From the IMG/VR virus record IMGVR_UViG_3300043429_001389, positions 1-30,796 of that record: a stretch of DNA of 30,796 nucleotides; one strand, written 5' to 3'. This document shows, in pieces, positions 1 through 9,587 of this stretch (position 1 is its first letter; every line of letters starts with the position of its first letter). A model generated the notes under the pieces. The model searched no databases. It was not told where the DNA came from and was given only the letters and a program-made list of their open reading frames with translations. The DNA comes from a virus (taxonomy: Duplodnaviria > Caudoviricetes). A program made the position numbers and the translations under genes.

Positions 1-219
1 ATGACCGCAGACTACAAGCTCACCGCCGACCGCACCGTCGCCGTCGACACCCGCAACGAGTGGCAACCGATGTCGACGTGCCCCCTGGGCGTGAAGGTCC
101 AACTCCTCAACCCCGGTGGCGTCGCAGTGTACGGCACCGTCAGTGGCCGGGATCGGGGGATGTGGGGCGGCTGGCACCCGATCCCCCGCCGGCCGCGCAC
201 GCAGCCCGATCAGCAGTGA
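1..219 (+). CDS. Small phage protein, DUF551-like
   Basis: 72 aa with the WQPMSTCP...KVQLL...W..W.PIP pattern typical of DUF551-type phage proteins. It converges on, and overlaps, the spanin gene. Confidence 0.55.
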   Translation: MTADYKLTADRTVAVDTRNEWQPMSTCPLGVKVQLLNPGGVAVYGTVSGRDRGMWGGWHPIPRRPRTQPDQQ

Positions 220-712
220 TCTGCGCGAGCAGCCGCGTCACTTCGCCGTCGCGCTGCTCGACCAGTCGTCGACCCTCTGCAACCAGCGCGACGCCCTCGC
301 CGAGAAGTCCGGCGAGATCCGGGGCGGGATCGCCTCCACGCTCGGGGGCAGCGGGGTCAGCCGGACGGGTGGTGCCACTACCGGCGGACAGGGCGGCGGC
401 GATCTGTGCGCGCAGCCGGCGGACGAGATCAGCGTCATCGCGGCGGCCAGCGTCGAGGCGCGCCTTCTCCAGGGTCCATGCATGTTCAGCCTCCTGCTGA
501 CGGGTTGCGTGCGCAGCCTGGGCTGCGGACAGGATCTCGGCGTGGCGCCGGGCGGCGTCTACGCGCTCGGCGCGCTCGGTGGCTACCCTCGCCTCGGCCT
601 CGGCCAGCGACGCCCGTAGCGACCCGATCCTGGCCTGCTGGACGGCCACGGTGAGCAGGAGCGCCCCCAGCACCGCGCCGACTGTGCCGTAGAGCCAGGC
701 ACGCGGCGTCAT
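140..712 (-). CDS. Rz: i-spanin (Rz-like)
   Basis: The start is probably ATG at 712 (MTPRAWLYGTVGAVLGALLLTVAV), not the ORF-track start at 1003. One N-terminal TM segment is followed by an Ala/Arg/Glu coiled coil and a C-terminal Cys. It contains an embedded lipoprotein gene. Confidence 0.8.
   Translation of the reverse strand: MTPRAWLYGTVGAVLGALLLTVAVQQARIGSLRASLAEAEARVATERAERVDAARRHAEILSAAQAAHATRQQEAEHAWTLEKARLDAGRRDDADLVRRLRAQIAAALSAGSGTTRPADPAAPERGGDPAPDLAGLLGEGVALVAEGRRLVEQRDGEVTRLLAQITADRAACAAGGGSGASRPTSPDPGH
238..483 (-). CDS. Rz1: o-spanin lipoprotein (Rz1-like), embedded in Rz in another frame
   Basis: Basic N-terminus, hydrophobic stretch and lipobox-like ISSAG|C, followed by a Pro-rich mature part (PPPCPPVVAPPVRLTPLPP). 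Lies fully inside Rz, as lambda Rz1 does. Confidence 0.8.
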   Translation of the reverse strand: MHGPWRRRASTLAAAMTLISSAGCAHRSPPPCPPVVAPPVRLTPLPPSVEAIPPRISPDFSARASRWLQRVDDWSSSATAK

Positions 713-927
713 ACGCTGATCTCGACGAAGGTCAGGTTCGGCGCCGCACCTTCGATCGCGCCGTCGCGGAAGAAGACCCGCTGGCCGACGGTCGCCGCGC
801 CGCGCGCCTGGTCCCGGCCGCCGCCGGGGAGTTCGATGATCGCCACGCCGCCGGACACCGAGATCACGGTGCCGACTTGAAGGGGCCGCTGCGGCAGCAG
901 TCCGAGCAGCCGCCGGTAGGGGTTCAT
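709..927 (-). CDS. Small tail-associated protein (~72 aa)
   Basis: The C-terminal part of ORF 709..1833 (MNPYRRLLGLLPQRPLQVGTVISVSGG...) looks like a small beta-barrel protein. An alternative GTG start at 933 overlaps the upstream stop, and its own stop overlaps the Rz start. Confidence 0.65.
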   Translation of the reverse strand: MNPYRRLLGLLPQRPLQVGTVISVSGGVAIIELPGGGRDQARGAATVGQRVFFRDGAIEGAAPNLTFVEISV

Positions 928-929
928 GC

Positions 930-2822
930 TCACGGGTGAGTCTCCAGGGTGATCGTCTGACGGAGGTCCGCGCCGGCCCCGCTCGCGTCGACCGAGACGG
1001 CACGCACCAGGCCGAGCCGGGTCGTCGTGCCGTCCACGTAGCGGACGAGCTTGCCCGGCGGGATCACGCCGGTCGCCGCCAGCACCGGCAGCGACAGCCG
1101 GACCGCCGCCTGCCGGCCGGTGTCCCCGAGGACGGCGATGCCGCGCTGGCGCGCCGCCTCGACGGCGGTGATCAGCGGGTCGGTCACCAGCGGCGCGACG
1201 AGGTCGCCGGCCGTGCCGTCGCGGGTGACCTGGCCCAGCACGCCCTGCGCGGTGCCCGACACGAACACCCGGTTGTAGTCGGGGCGCTCCTGCCACTCCA
1301 CCGACTCGCGCGTCATCACGGCGGACGGGATCTCGTAGTCCGGCGTCGCGGTGTTCCACGCCCAGGGTGCGACCGGGTAGCGCAGCAGCACGCGCAGGGT
1401 CTGCGCGGTCGGGTGCGGCTGGATGTACGCGCCGGCCGCACCCGCGATGGCGTTCACGCCTTCGATATAGGTGCCCTGCATTGCGAACGCGCCGGCCGGC
1501 ACCAACCAGTCGGTGATGCCCCAGTCGATGTCCCAGCCGAGCGGCACGCCGTTCACTGTCAGCACGTCCGCCATCAGTTGCTGCGCAGTCCGCTGGGCGT
1601 CGTTGGCGAACGACAGGACCGGCGCGTAGGGGGCCGACAGGATCGCGTTCCGGCCGCGCCCCGACACCCGGATCGACGCCTTGCCGAAGGACCGCTCGCG
1701 CGCGACGTTCTCGGCGAGCAGCCGGTAGGAATTGCCGTTGATCGACGCTTCGAGTTCGACGATCCCGTTCGAGTCCGGCAGCACGTCGTCGAGCGCGCTC
1801 GCCGGCAGCGAGGCGCTGAACGCCCACGTCCACGAATCCGCGTCGATGCTCAGGGACAGGCTCAACGTCGGCAGCGCGAGGTTGTTGCTCACGCGCCGCA
1901 GGATGATGTCGTTCACCACGATGTACACACTCCGGATCGGAACGATGACTGTGGCCGGCGGCGGATCCGGATTGCCGGGGTCGTCATGGTTCTCGCAGAA
2001 GAAGAGCAGCCCGGTGTTCGTCGACCAGGGCGTCGAGAACAGGAGATGCGGGCTGGGCGTGTAGCAGAGTTCCGGATTCGGCGGAACGATCGGCGGGACG
2101 TAGGGGCCACCGTTCGGCGGCACGGCCCGCTCGTAGACGCCGCGCGCCGCGACGGCGCCGCTGCGCGCGTTCGCGTAGCTCGCGAGCAGGCGCGCGTGCA
2201 ACTCGGTAGCCTCGCGGTACGGCACTCGGCTTCGAGCGCGTGCGGTCGGGTCCGCCACCTCGAACGCCGAGCGCCGGGTCAGCACCGCAGGCGCACCCCG
2301 CCGGAAGCCGCTCGCGCGCGAGTCGTGCAGCGCGTCGGCCGACTGGAACGACGAGCGCCGCGTCCACTGCGCCACCCGAGCGGCTTCGGTGAACACGCTG
2401 ACGAGGCGCGCCCCGCTGGGCGTCGCAGTTCGGTGCCCAGCCACCGTAACGGCCTGCACGGGCGCGCCGGCCTGGTTGGGCGACTCCACCCCCGCCGGCA
2501 GCGCGTCGGTGCCTTGGTGGCGGTGCTGGCGGCCCGTGGCGACCGCGCTCGCGGCCTGGAAGCGCGTGCGCCCCCGGCCGACCGTCGGGCGCGACGTGTC
2601 CGAGTCGTACCGCGCGCTGACGACCATCGTCAGACCGGGCATCGTGCCGGTGACCGTCGCCTCTTCGAACGGGCCGACATCCGCGACGAACGACAGCGGC
2701 GGGAGCGTACCCGCGAGCGTCGCCGACTCGTCGGGGATCGACGTGATGTCGTCCCCGAAGACGAGGTCTGCGGGAAGCCCGAGCGGTAGCCGCTCGAAGA
2801 CGAGATCGACGGGGTTCGTCAC
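930..2822 (-). CDS. Tail tip/hub-type virion structural protein (630 aa)
   Basis: Long ORF with the local codon bias, translationally coupled to its neighbours, at the distal end of the tail module. The C-terminal half resembles siphophage hub-type proteins (by recognition only). Confidence 0.6.
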   Translation of the reverse strand: MTNPVDLVFERLPLGLPADLVFGDDITSIPDESATLAGTLPPLSFVADVGPFEEATVTGTMPGLTMVVSARYDSDTSRPTVGRGRTRFQAASAVATGRQHRHQGTDALPAGVESPNQAGAPVQAVTVAGHRTATPSGARLVSVFTEAARVAQWTRRSSFQSADALHDSRASGFRRGAPAVLTRRSAFEVADPTARARSRVPYREATELHARLLASYANARSGAVAARGVYERAVPPNGGPYVPPIVPPNPELCYTPSPHLLFSTPWSTNTGLLFFCENHDDPGNPDPPPATVIVPIRSVYIVVNDIILRRVSNNLALPTLSLSLSIDADSWTWAFSASLPASALDDVLPDSNGIVELEASINGNSYRLLAENVARERSFGKASIRVSGRGRNAILSAPYAPVLSFANDAQRTAQQLMADVLTVNGVPLGWDIDWGITDWLVPAGAFAMQGTYIEGVNAIAGAAGAYIQPHPTAQTLRVLLRYPVAPWAWNTATPDYEIPSAVMTRESVEWQERPDYNRVFVSGTAQGVLGQVTRDGTAGDLVAPLVTDPLITAVEAARQRGIAVLGDTGRQAAVRLSLPVLAATGVIPPGKLVRYVDGTTTRLGLVRAVSVDASGAGADLRQTITLETHP

Positions 2823-3208
2823 GCGAAGGTGGCGCCGACCAGCAGGACGCGCCCGCCCTGGTAGAGCGTCGCGGCCGACACGACGATCTCAGTCGACGCG
2901 CCCGGCCCACCAGCGTCGCAGTCGAGGACGTGCGCCCCATTGCCGTTGACGATACGCGCCCAGGTGGGCTGGCCGGTCGCCACGATCAAGCCCGGCGCGA
3001 ACTGCTGGATCGTAAGCGCACCGTTCGACACCTCCGCGCTCGCCGGATTGAGTTCGATCTCGACGAGTAGCGGCGACCCCGGCGCGGCACCGTTGACCGG
3101 CCGCGTCGCACCGTAGATGCGGAGCTTCGGGCGGGCTGTGCCCGCGATCATCAGCGTCCGCGATCCTTCCAGTCGCGCATCCGCATGTGCTTGCGAAATG
3201 CTGATCAC
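2819..3208 (-). CDS. Putative virion structural protein (129 aa)
   Basis: Coupled by 4-bp overlaps on both sides. Contains the LRIYG..RP and G..TWARI...G..V.D pattern common in small phage tail proteins. Confidence 0.6.
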   Translation of the reverse strand: MISISQAHADARLEGSRTLMIAGTARPKLRIYGATRPVNGAAPGSPLLVEIELNPASAEVSNGALTIQQFAPGLIVATGQPTWARIVNGNGAHVLDCDAGGPGASTEIVVSAATLYQGGRVLLVGATFA

Positions 3209-4296
3209 GACATCGCCTCCGGGATGAGGTTGTCTGCCACGACTGCGCGATAGTTTTTCGCGTAGTCGTAGGTGATCACGCTATAGCGACGTGCCGGATC
3301 GATTCGGTCAAAGACGTAGTCTCCGGTCGTCGCGTCGCTCCACGTCTCGCGCATGATGATGTTCGTCGTCTCGTCGAGCAGCAGAACGCGCCTGCGCAGC
3401 GGCACGTTGGAAGGCGTCGCCTTCTGCTTCACCGTGCCAGCGATCACCCCTCGACCGAGGAACACCGTGTCTCGCCGGGGCCGCACACCTAGTGATCGCC
3501 GCGCAATCGGTGCAGCCGGGAACGAGAAGTTCAGCAGCGCGCGAACTAGTTTGCTGCGCGCCCTCGCGCTGACCTCTTTGTACTCGAAGGCAGAAGTGGG
3601 AACCGTGAAGTTGGCGGTGTAACGCGGCACCCCGATCGTCACGCGGAACTCGTCGAGGTAGCCTCGGTAGCTCGTATCCGAGGAGGCAAGTCGCGTATCG
3701 CTACCGATCGCGACGTGCTTCATTCCGCCTCCGTTGTTGACGGCGCCCGCCCAGGTCGTCTCCGCTTCCTTCTGCCCGTTGATGAACATCCGCCATACGG
3801 AGGATTCATCCCTCGTGACAGCGAAGTGCAGCGACCCAGCCCCGCGAGGGTCCGTCGTGCTTTCGAGAACCTTCGTGTTACCCGCCGTGTAGTTCGCGGC
3901 GAACGCCGACAGCTTTCCAGGCGAGTCGTTCTTGTTGTCTACGCATAGCGCAAACGCACCCGCCTTCCAGTTGTAGGTGTTGTCGGGAAACGCTACGAAC
4001 AGAAACGGATACAGCCCCGGCTGAACCGCGTCGGCGTTTATCCACCCCTCAATGCAAAACGGCGAGTCACCGAAGTTCGCAACTCGCGTGTCCTCGCGAT
4101 AGATCGCGTCACCGTTCGCAGCGAAGCGGATAGACCGGCTACCAAACTGCTTCCACGTCGTCGAAAGCGCCACCGAGCCATTAAGCGACCAAACACCAGG
4201 CGCCCCCGCCCTATCGACGACGGACGACTCGTCCGCGTTCGGGAACGCCTCGAACGGCAGTAGGGTCGTCGTCAGGTCGAAGTAGGGATCCGCCAC
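3205..4296 (-). CDS. LamG/concanavalin-A-like lectin-domain tail protein (candidate receptor-binding protein)
   Basis: FGDSPFCIEGWI...HFAVTR...MFING...GYLDEFRVTIGVPRYTANF is a typical LamG-like phage domain. The C-terminal domain reads G.IAGTVK...RRVLL...WSDATTGDYVF. Confidence 0.75.
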   Translation of the reverse strand: MADPYFDLTTTLLPFEAFPNADESSVVDRAGAPGVWSLNGSVALSTTWKQFGSRSIRFAANGDAIYREDTRVANFGDSPFCIEGWINADAVQPGLYPFLFVAFPDNTYNWKAGAFALCVDNKNDSPGKLSAFAANYTAGNTKVLESTTDPRGAGSLHFAVTRDESSVWRMFINGQKEAETTWAGAVNNGGGMKHVAIGSDTRLASSDTSYRGYLDEFRVTIGVPRYTANFTVPTSAFEYKEVSARARSKLVRALLNFSFPAAPIARRSLGVRPRRDTVFLGRGVIAGTVKQKATPSNVPLRRRVLLLDETTNIIMRETWSDATTGDYVFDRIDPARRYSVITYDYAKNYRAVVADNLIPEAMS

Positions 4297-4299
4297 GAC

Positions 4300-5550
4300 T
4301 TACCTCCACGGGCCGGTGATGTCGAACGCGGTCGTGCAACCGGCTGAGTCCGAGTTGTAGTGCGAGTAGATCAGCGCGACGTTCCGATTCGGCAACGTCG
4401 CGATGTTCCCCACGACCGTCAGATCCGGATATGGTCGGAAATGCGGCACCCAGTACATGCCCGGCATGTCGCCGCGAATGTTGTAGTCCTCCTGCCGGCA
4501 CATCGTCGGGATTAGGATGAGGCTGTAGTCCGGCCCGTTCGGGAACGGGATAACGCCCGGCTCACTCGAACCCGAAACGCTACTCAGCGTCCCCACCGTA
4601 GACCATCGAATATGGTTGCCAACTTGCGTATGGGAGCGCAGCAGAACCTTGCCCTGGTACGACGCGTGCCGCGCGAATCCATACTCATTGAAACCGCCCG
4701 GTTGGGGCATGTAATTCGAATTCCCCGCGTAGTTGTCATCGGCGCACAGAATCGTGTGCGTCTGATCACCGGGTCGATACGAGTTGATGTCGCCGAAGCA
4801 GTACTGCGCACGACCTGTACCACCCCATCCATATTGGATGAACAGGTAAAAGAGGCGATCGTCGCCGACAATCACCCAGTTCCTAGCGAAGCTGCCGCCG
4901 TCGCCGTAGTTCTCGTAGCCGTACTGGCGGGCGAAGTACCACTTATGCCACCCCCACTGCCCTCCGCTTACCTGCTCCCAGTTCTGCGTAGGAGCAGCCG
5001 GGTCGAACGGTGCCTGGATGCCAGTGATCGTATCGATGTCCGACATCGCGCTGACGATGCCGACGTTCCCCCACTTCGCCCAGTTCGTGTCGTAGTCCGG
5101 CGTCTTCAGCCCGTCGTTGACCAACAGCATGTTGCCGGTCGACTGCGGATTCTTCGACCGATATGCGCGCTTGTTCGTGCCGGTGAATGCGGCCTCGAAG
5201 CCGAGCGGGCTGACGCGAGCCGAGATGGTTCCGGACACCGTCGTCACGCCGTTCGGGGCGGGGAACTGGAAGCTCGTCGCGGTGCGCGCCGTGACGCGGA
5301 ACTCGTCGTTCATCGCCGACTGCACGGCGCCGCCGAGCTTTATGACCTGATCGACTTGGAAGACGTGTCCGGCGGTGACCGTCGCGGTCGCAACGCCACC
5401 GGAGATGCTGATCGAATCGACGCTCACCAAACCGAAGCCGTTGACGAGAATCGCGTCGAGCAGCGACGTGAGCGAACCCCACGCGGGCGTCACCGACGGG
5501 GCGCCCGGCATGTTGCTGTGGAAGTACTTGACCGGCGAAGCGACTGCCAT
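4300..5550 (-). CDS. Tail fibre/tail-associated structural protein (416 aa)
   Basis: N-terminal VKYFHSNMPGAP...GSLTSLLDAILVNGFG motif typical of this class of phage tail proteins, and position in the tail module. Confidence 0.65.
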   Translation of the reverse strand: MAVASPVKYFHSNMPGAPSVTPAWGSLTSLLDAILVNGFGLVSVDSISISGGVATATVTAGHVFQVDQVIKLGGAVQSAMNDEFRVTARTATSFQFPAPNGVTTVSGTISARVSPLGFEAAFTGTNKRAYRSKNPQSTGNMLLVNDGLKTPDYDTNWAKWGNVGIVSAMSDIDTITGIQAPFDPAAPTQNWEQVSGGQWGWHKWYFARQYGYENYGDGGSFARNWVIVGDDRLFYLFIQYGWGGTGRAQYCFGDINSYRPGDQTHTILCADDNYAGNSNYMPQPGGFNEYGFARHASYQGKVLLRSHTQVGNHIRWSTVGTLSSVSGSSEPGVIPFPNGPDYSLILIPTMCRQEDYNIRGDMPGMYWVPHFRPYPDLTVVGNIATLPNRNVALIYSHYNSDSAGCTTAFDITGPWR

Positions 5551-5571
5551 TGGAGTGTCCTTTGATCGCGA

Positions 5572-8500
5572 TTAGGCTGCGTCCACGTCGCCGCGAATCA
5601 GCAGGGTGAAGTCGTCGTTCGGTACCGTCTCCGGTCCCTGGAGAATCGTCCGCACGACCCACACCGGGAACGACGCGGCCACGGAGTTGAAGCGCAGCAC
5701 GTTGCCAGCAGCCCAGCCCAATCCCCAGCCGAGCGCGGGAATCGTGAAGTACGGCACGCCGGTCGCCGGATTCGTCGGCGAGCAGTCGGTCGACGTGTTC
5801 CCGGTAGCGATCACGCCCACGTTCTCGCCGATCACGTTGAACGCCGTGTTCGACGTGAACACGATCGCCCACCGCTCGGTAATCGCGCCCTTGTTCGTGA
5901 CGACGATCGGGTAGACCGTGTCGTTGAACGTGGCCGGCGCAGAGTTGCCTGCAACGATGTCGCCCCAGGCGTTGCCCCAGGTCTGCTGGTCGAAGATGGT
6001 CGAGATCCGCGACTTCAGATCGCCCGTGACGAGCGCCGACGAAACGTAGCTCCCGACCGGATACGCGTGCGTGAGCGGGCGGGTGAACGTGAGCGCACCC
6101 GTGATCTGCACGTCGCTGATCAGCGCCATGTCTTCGATGCGATGCTCGACACGAACCGGCTGCGAGTAGCCCGACACGTTCGTGAACGTGACCGTGCCAG
6201 CTTCGAGATCCGCCGTGTAGCCGGTGGTGATCACCGTGCCGTTGTTGCCAAGCACGCGCACCCGCGAGAGCCGCACGCGACCGCAGTTCACCGTCTGCCC
6301 GTTCGACACCGTCAGGGCGTTCGTCGTGCCGGTGTGCCCGACGACAGCGAAACCACCGGGGCGGAACACCGGCACGCGCCCGTCCGTCGGCAGACGCACC
6401 GGATCGATGCCGATGATGTCGGCGTCGAGCGGCAGGTACGAGTAGGCCGTCGCGTTGTAGCGGATGCTGTTCAGCTTGAACAGATCGCGCGGGATCGTCG
6501 TCAGACCCGAGATCCCGAGGTGCGAAAGGTCGACGTTCAGCGCCGGATCGCCGTTCGGGTTGACCCCGTACAGTTGCACTAGGCCGTACTCGTAGTCGAC
6601 TAGACCTTTGATCCGCGTCCCGTTGATCTTTCCGTCGATACCTGCGGTGACGTTGAACGTCGTACCGTCCTGCATCGTGCCGAGGATCGAAAGCGTTCCC
6701 GAGCGGATGGGCTGCGACGCCGTCCGGAAGAACGTGTCGAACGCCGTGAACGGAGCGACAGGAGTGTCGCCGGGGGGCGAGATGACACCACGCCAGTCGA
6801 TGATCTCCGACGACTGACCCGACGGCCAGTAGTTCAGTTGCACGACGCCGAGCAACGCCTGCACGTTTCCGGCGGGCGTTCCGATACCCGTATTCGGATT
6901 GACGTTGTAGCGCAGAGTATTGTCGGTGATCTGATCGAACAGGATGCTGCCGATCTTGAACGACACGCCTTTCAGCGAGTAGTTCGCCACCATGATCGTG
7001 CGAGCGAACATGTTCGACACGGTCACGTTCAGCGTCGAGCCGCTACCCGCGTCGACCGAATATTCGACGGCGACCTCCGCCGAAGTGACTGCGAAGCTCC
7101 GCGACACCTGACCCGAATATTGTCCGCTGGTCGCGTAGATGTCCCACGCTCGCGTCCAAGTGCCATAAATCGCACCTGCGACGACAATCGGACCACTAGC
7201 GTCCGGCTTGGTCAGCGTGATGTTCTGATCGACGTTGATTACGCCAGTCGCGTAGTTGATCGTGCCGCAAGCCACAGCGACACCGCTACCTGGGTCGTTA
7301 AAGACCAGCGTACCTGCCCCGGTGTCACGCACCTCGACGGAGTATGACTTGGTCGCGAAAGAAAGAATCGAGTACTGAATCGTGCTGGTGTAGTTCACGT
7401 TCCCATGGAGCGTGAACCGTACGCTGCGAGGCGCGATATTCGTCGCACCGATGGATCCGTTGATCGTCGAAACCGAGTTGCCCGACTCGGAATTCTTCCG
7501 AGTCAGCGCGATGCCGATGACGGTGTCGGGCGGCGGAAGAAGGTTCGGGCTGAAGTAGATCACGCCCGCGTTGTAGTCGACGCTGCCGGTTGCGTCTCCG
7601 GTAAGGCCGCCTGTCCCGTTGTCGGTCGCCGTGTAGGTGGTCCCACCCCAAGTCCATTCAATCGTGACGTCGCTCGGCTTGATCTTCTTCGAGCCAGGCG
7701 AGTCGGTGATGACGCCGTCGGAGTTGATCGGTACGAACAGCCGGCCGCTGTTCCGCAGAAGCGTGTTTGACGCAGCGACCGTCGCCGCATTCGAGAACGA
7801 CTGGATGACGATCGCGCTGCCCGAATCGGGGAGCGCACCCAGCGTAATGACCACCGACCCCGACGAGTAGCTGACGGTGCCACCGCCGACCGACGAGTCG
7901 TTGCCGGACAGAACGCCAGCGCCGGTATCGCGCAGCACGTACCAGCGACCCTGCGCCAGGTAGATCACCGACAGCGTGCGCGGCAGCGGCACGTTCTCCA
8001 TCGTCAGCGCATACGACTGGCTGCGATTCTCGGGGGTGATCCGGATCGCACGCTGTTCGGTGATGAGGTCCGGCGCCGCTGCTGGGGTGAAGGCGATCGT
8101 GTGCGTTCCGGACGCGGTTCCGAATACGTTCGTCGTCAGCGTCAGGATCCCGTTGTCGTAGTCCACGATGCCGACTTGCGTCGACCCGTTGACCAGCAGG
8201 CCACCGCTGTCCGTCAGCGTGACGCCGCCGCGAGTGAGGCTGAACGAGCCGGGCAGGATCGCACCGCCGACGTGCAGGTTCAGCGAGGTCGTGAACGAGG
8301 CGGACAGCGTGCGGGTCACGGCGGCGCCGGTCGCAACGAGCGCGGTCGACAGCCCGTTCGTGCGAACGTCGGAGATCGGCGTCTCGGTCTGCGCGCTCGG
8401 GACAAGCTGCGTGAAGATCGACGACGCCTGCACGGTGAAGTCGCCGAATGCCGCCGCTGCGGTCAGCGGCGCAGCGCCGACGTACGTGCCGGCATCCGCG

Positions 8501-9180
8501 ACGATCGTGTCGCGGATCTTCGTGCCATCCGGCAACTGCCGGGTGAACTTCCGGGTCGCAGGCGAGCCGGTGAAGTTCTGCCGAAGCGCGTCGGAAATGT
8601 TGATTGTGACGATGCGGGCTTCGTAGTCCTTCTGCGAATCCGGATCGTAGAAGAGTCGAATGACGGAAGTCACAGCCGTCGCGCGGACGTACTGGAGTTT
8701 CTCGGTGTTCAAGCCCTCGTTCTGAATCAGCACCAGGGTCTGACCAATGTTCGGCAGCACTTCCTCGGGTCGCTGAAACAACTGGATCACACGCTGGCCG
8801 GCGATGTGGTTTTCCCACAGGAAGCCGCCCCACTCGCCACCCTGGTTGAGGTACGCCTCGACGCGGGTCGTCGCCTGCGCTCGCGTGTCGAAGAATCCTT
8901 CGCTCGCGAACATCGTGACGCTGACGCGCGGGTCGTCCGGCGGATCGGCCACGATGACGTTGCCGCCGAAATACGTGTCGTTGTCGGTGGTCTGAATCGA
9001 CGCGAAGACCTTGCGCAGATTCACTCGGCCGCCAGCGCGGTCGAGTTCCGAGATGTCCGGGAAGATGCTGTTGCTGACGCCGTCGGTGATGAGCGTCGGG
9101 CTGGGTGCGCCGCCGCCCTCGGGCACGTCGAGCATGACCTTCGAGGCGACGAGCTTAACGTCGGACGCAGTGATTGCCAC
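5572..9180 (-). CDS. Large tail tip protein (1202 aa)
   Basis: The N-terminus (DVKLVASKVMLDVPEGGG...FPDISELDRAGGRVNLRKVF) and C-terminus (TNKGAITERW...NPATGVPYF...GNVLRF...IRGDVD) match a widespread siphophage tail protein type. Internal G.VDY..G repeats. Confidence 0.75.
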   Translation of the reverse strand: MAITASDVKLVASKVMLDVPEGGGAPSPTLITDGVSNSIFPDISELDRAGGRVNLRKVFASIQTTDNDTYFGGNVIVADPPDDPRVSVTMFASEGFFDTRAQATTRVEAYLNQGGEWGGFLWENHIAGQRVIQLFQRPEEVLPNIGQTLVLIQNEGLNTEKLQYVRATAVTSVIRLFYDPDSQKDYEARIVTINISDALRQNFTGSPATRKFTRQLPDGTKIRDTIVADAGTYVGAAPLTAAAAFGDFTVQASSIFTQLVPSAQTETPISDVRTNGLSTALVATGAAVTRTLSASFTTSLNLHVGGAILPGSFSLTRGGVTLTDSGGLLVNGSTQVGIVDYDNGILTLTTNVFGTASGTHTIAFTPAAAPDLITEQRAIRITPENRSQSYALTMENVPLPRTLSVIYLAQGRWYVLRDTGAGVLSGNDSSVGGGTVSYSSGSVVITLGALPDSGSAIVIQSFSNAATVAASNTLLRNSGRLFVPINSDGVITDSPGSKKIKPSDVTIEWTWGGTTYTATDNGTGGLTGDATGSVDYNAGVIYFSPNLLPPPDTVIGIALTRKNSESGNSVSTINGSIGATNIAPRSVRFTLHGNVNYTSTIQYSILSFATKSYSVEVRDTGAGTLVFNDPGSGVAVACGTINYATGVINVDQNITLTKPDASGPIVVAGAIYGTWTRAWDIYATSGQYSGQVSRSFAVTSAEVAVEYSVDAGSGSTLNVTVSNMFARTIMVANYSLKGVSFKIGSILFDQITDNTLRYNVNPNTGIGTPAGNVQALLGVVQLNYWPSGQSSEIIDWRGVISPPGDTPVAPFTAFDTFFRTASQPIRSGTLSILGTMQDGTTFNVTAGIDGKINGTRIKGLVDYEYGLVQLYGVNPNGDPALNVDLSHLGISGLTTIPRDLFKLNSIRYNATAYSYLPLDADIIGIDPVRLPTDGRVPVFRPGGFAVVGHTGTTNALTVSNGQTVNCGRVRLSRVRVLGNNGTVITTGYTADLEAGTVTFTNVSGYSQPVRVEHRIEDMALISDVQITGALTFTRPLTHAYPVGSYVSSALVTGDLKSRISTIFDQQTWGNAWGDIVAGNSAPATFNDTVYPIVVTNKGAITERWAIVFTSNTAFNVIGENVGVIATGNTSTDCSPTNPATGVPYFTIPALGWGLGWAAGNVLRFNSVAASFPVWVVRTILQGPETVPNDDFTLLIRGDVDAA

Positions 9181-9182
9181 GC

Positions 9183-9587
9183 TTAGACCTCCATCATTCG
9201 CAGCACGACACGGAACCAGTCGTCACTGACTTGGTCGCTGTAGAAAACGACCGGGGTTGCTTCGACAGCCGATCCGTCTTCGTGCCGGAACATCACGGTC
9301 CGAGCCGCACCGGAAAGTGTAAGCGTCATGGTCTTACCGGGCGTGGCGGCGAAATTTCGCAGCGAATCGACGACGCCCTTAGTCACCCAGCCGCTGTTCT
9401 CGTCGACCGATTGCAGCGTGATCGGCCTGCCTCCGACGCGCGCAGCGGCACTCACCACCAGGGCGCCACTAAGGGTTCGCTCGACGGTCTGCTCGACGGG
9501 GTGCCAGTTGTACTCGTCGGACCATGCGAGGTCCGGATTCAGCACGATCGTCTGCGTCTGCGGGATGTCGGAAAGGGTGATGCTCAT
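9183..9587 (-). CDS. Distal tail-type protein (134 aa)
   Basis: Directly follows the tape measure gene (4-bp overlap). Contains the W.DEY.W.PV.Q...RTLSGALVV...GRPITL motif. Confidence 0.65.
   Translation of the reverse strand: MSITLSDIPQTQTIVLNPDLAWSDEYNWHPVEQTVERTLSGALVVSAAARVGGRPITLQSVDENSGWVTKGVVDSLRNFAATPGKTMTLTLSGAARTVMFRHEDGSAVEATPVVFYSDQVSDDWFRVVLRMMEV
9316..9358 (-). promoter_or_regulatory. Putative activator-dependent late promoter, internal to the distal tail gene
   Basis: Minus strand GAAATTTCGCCGCC (9358-9345), 23 bp, then TACACT (9321-9316). Same layout as three other sites. Confidence 0.6.

Noticed and set aside
3205-9180. Diversity-generating retroelement or invertible tail-fibre cassette
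   Set aside because: No reverse transcriptase, invertase, TR/VR pair or flanking inverted repeats were seen in the window.
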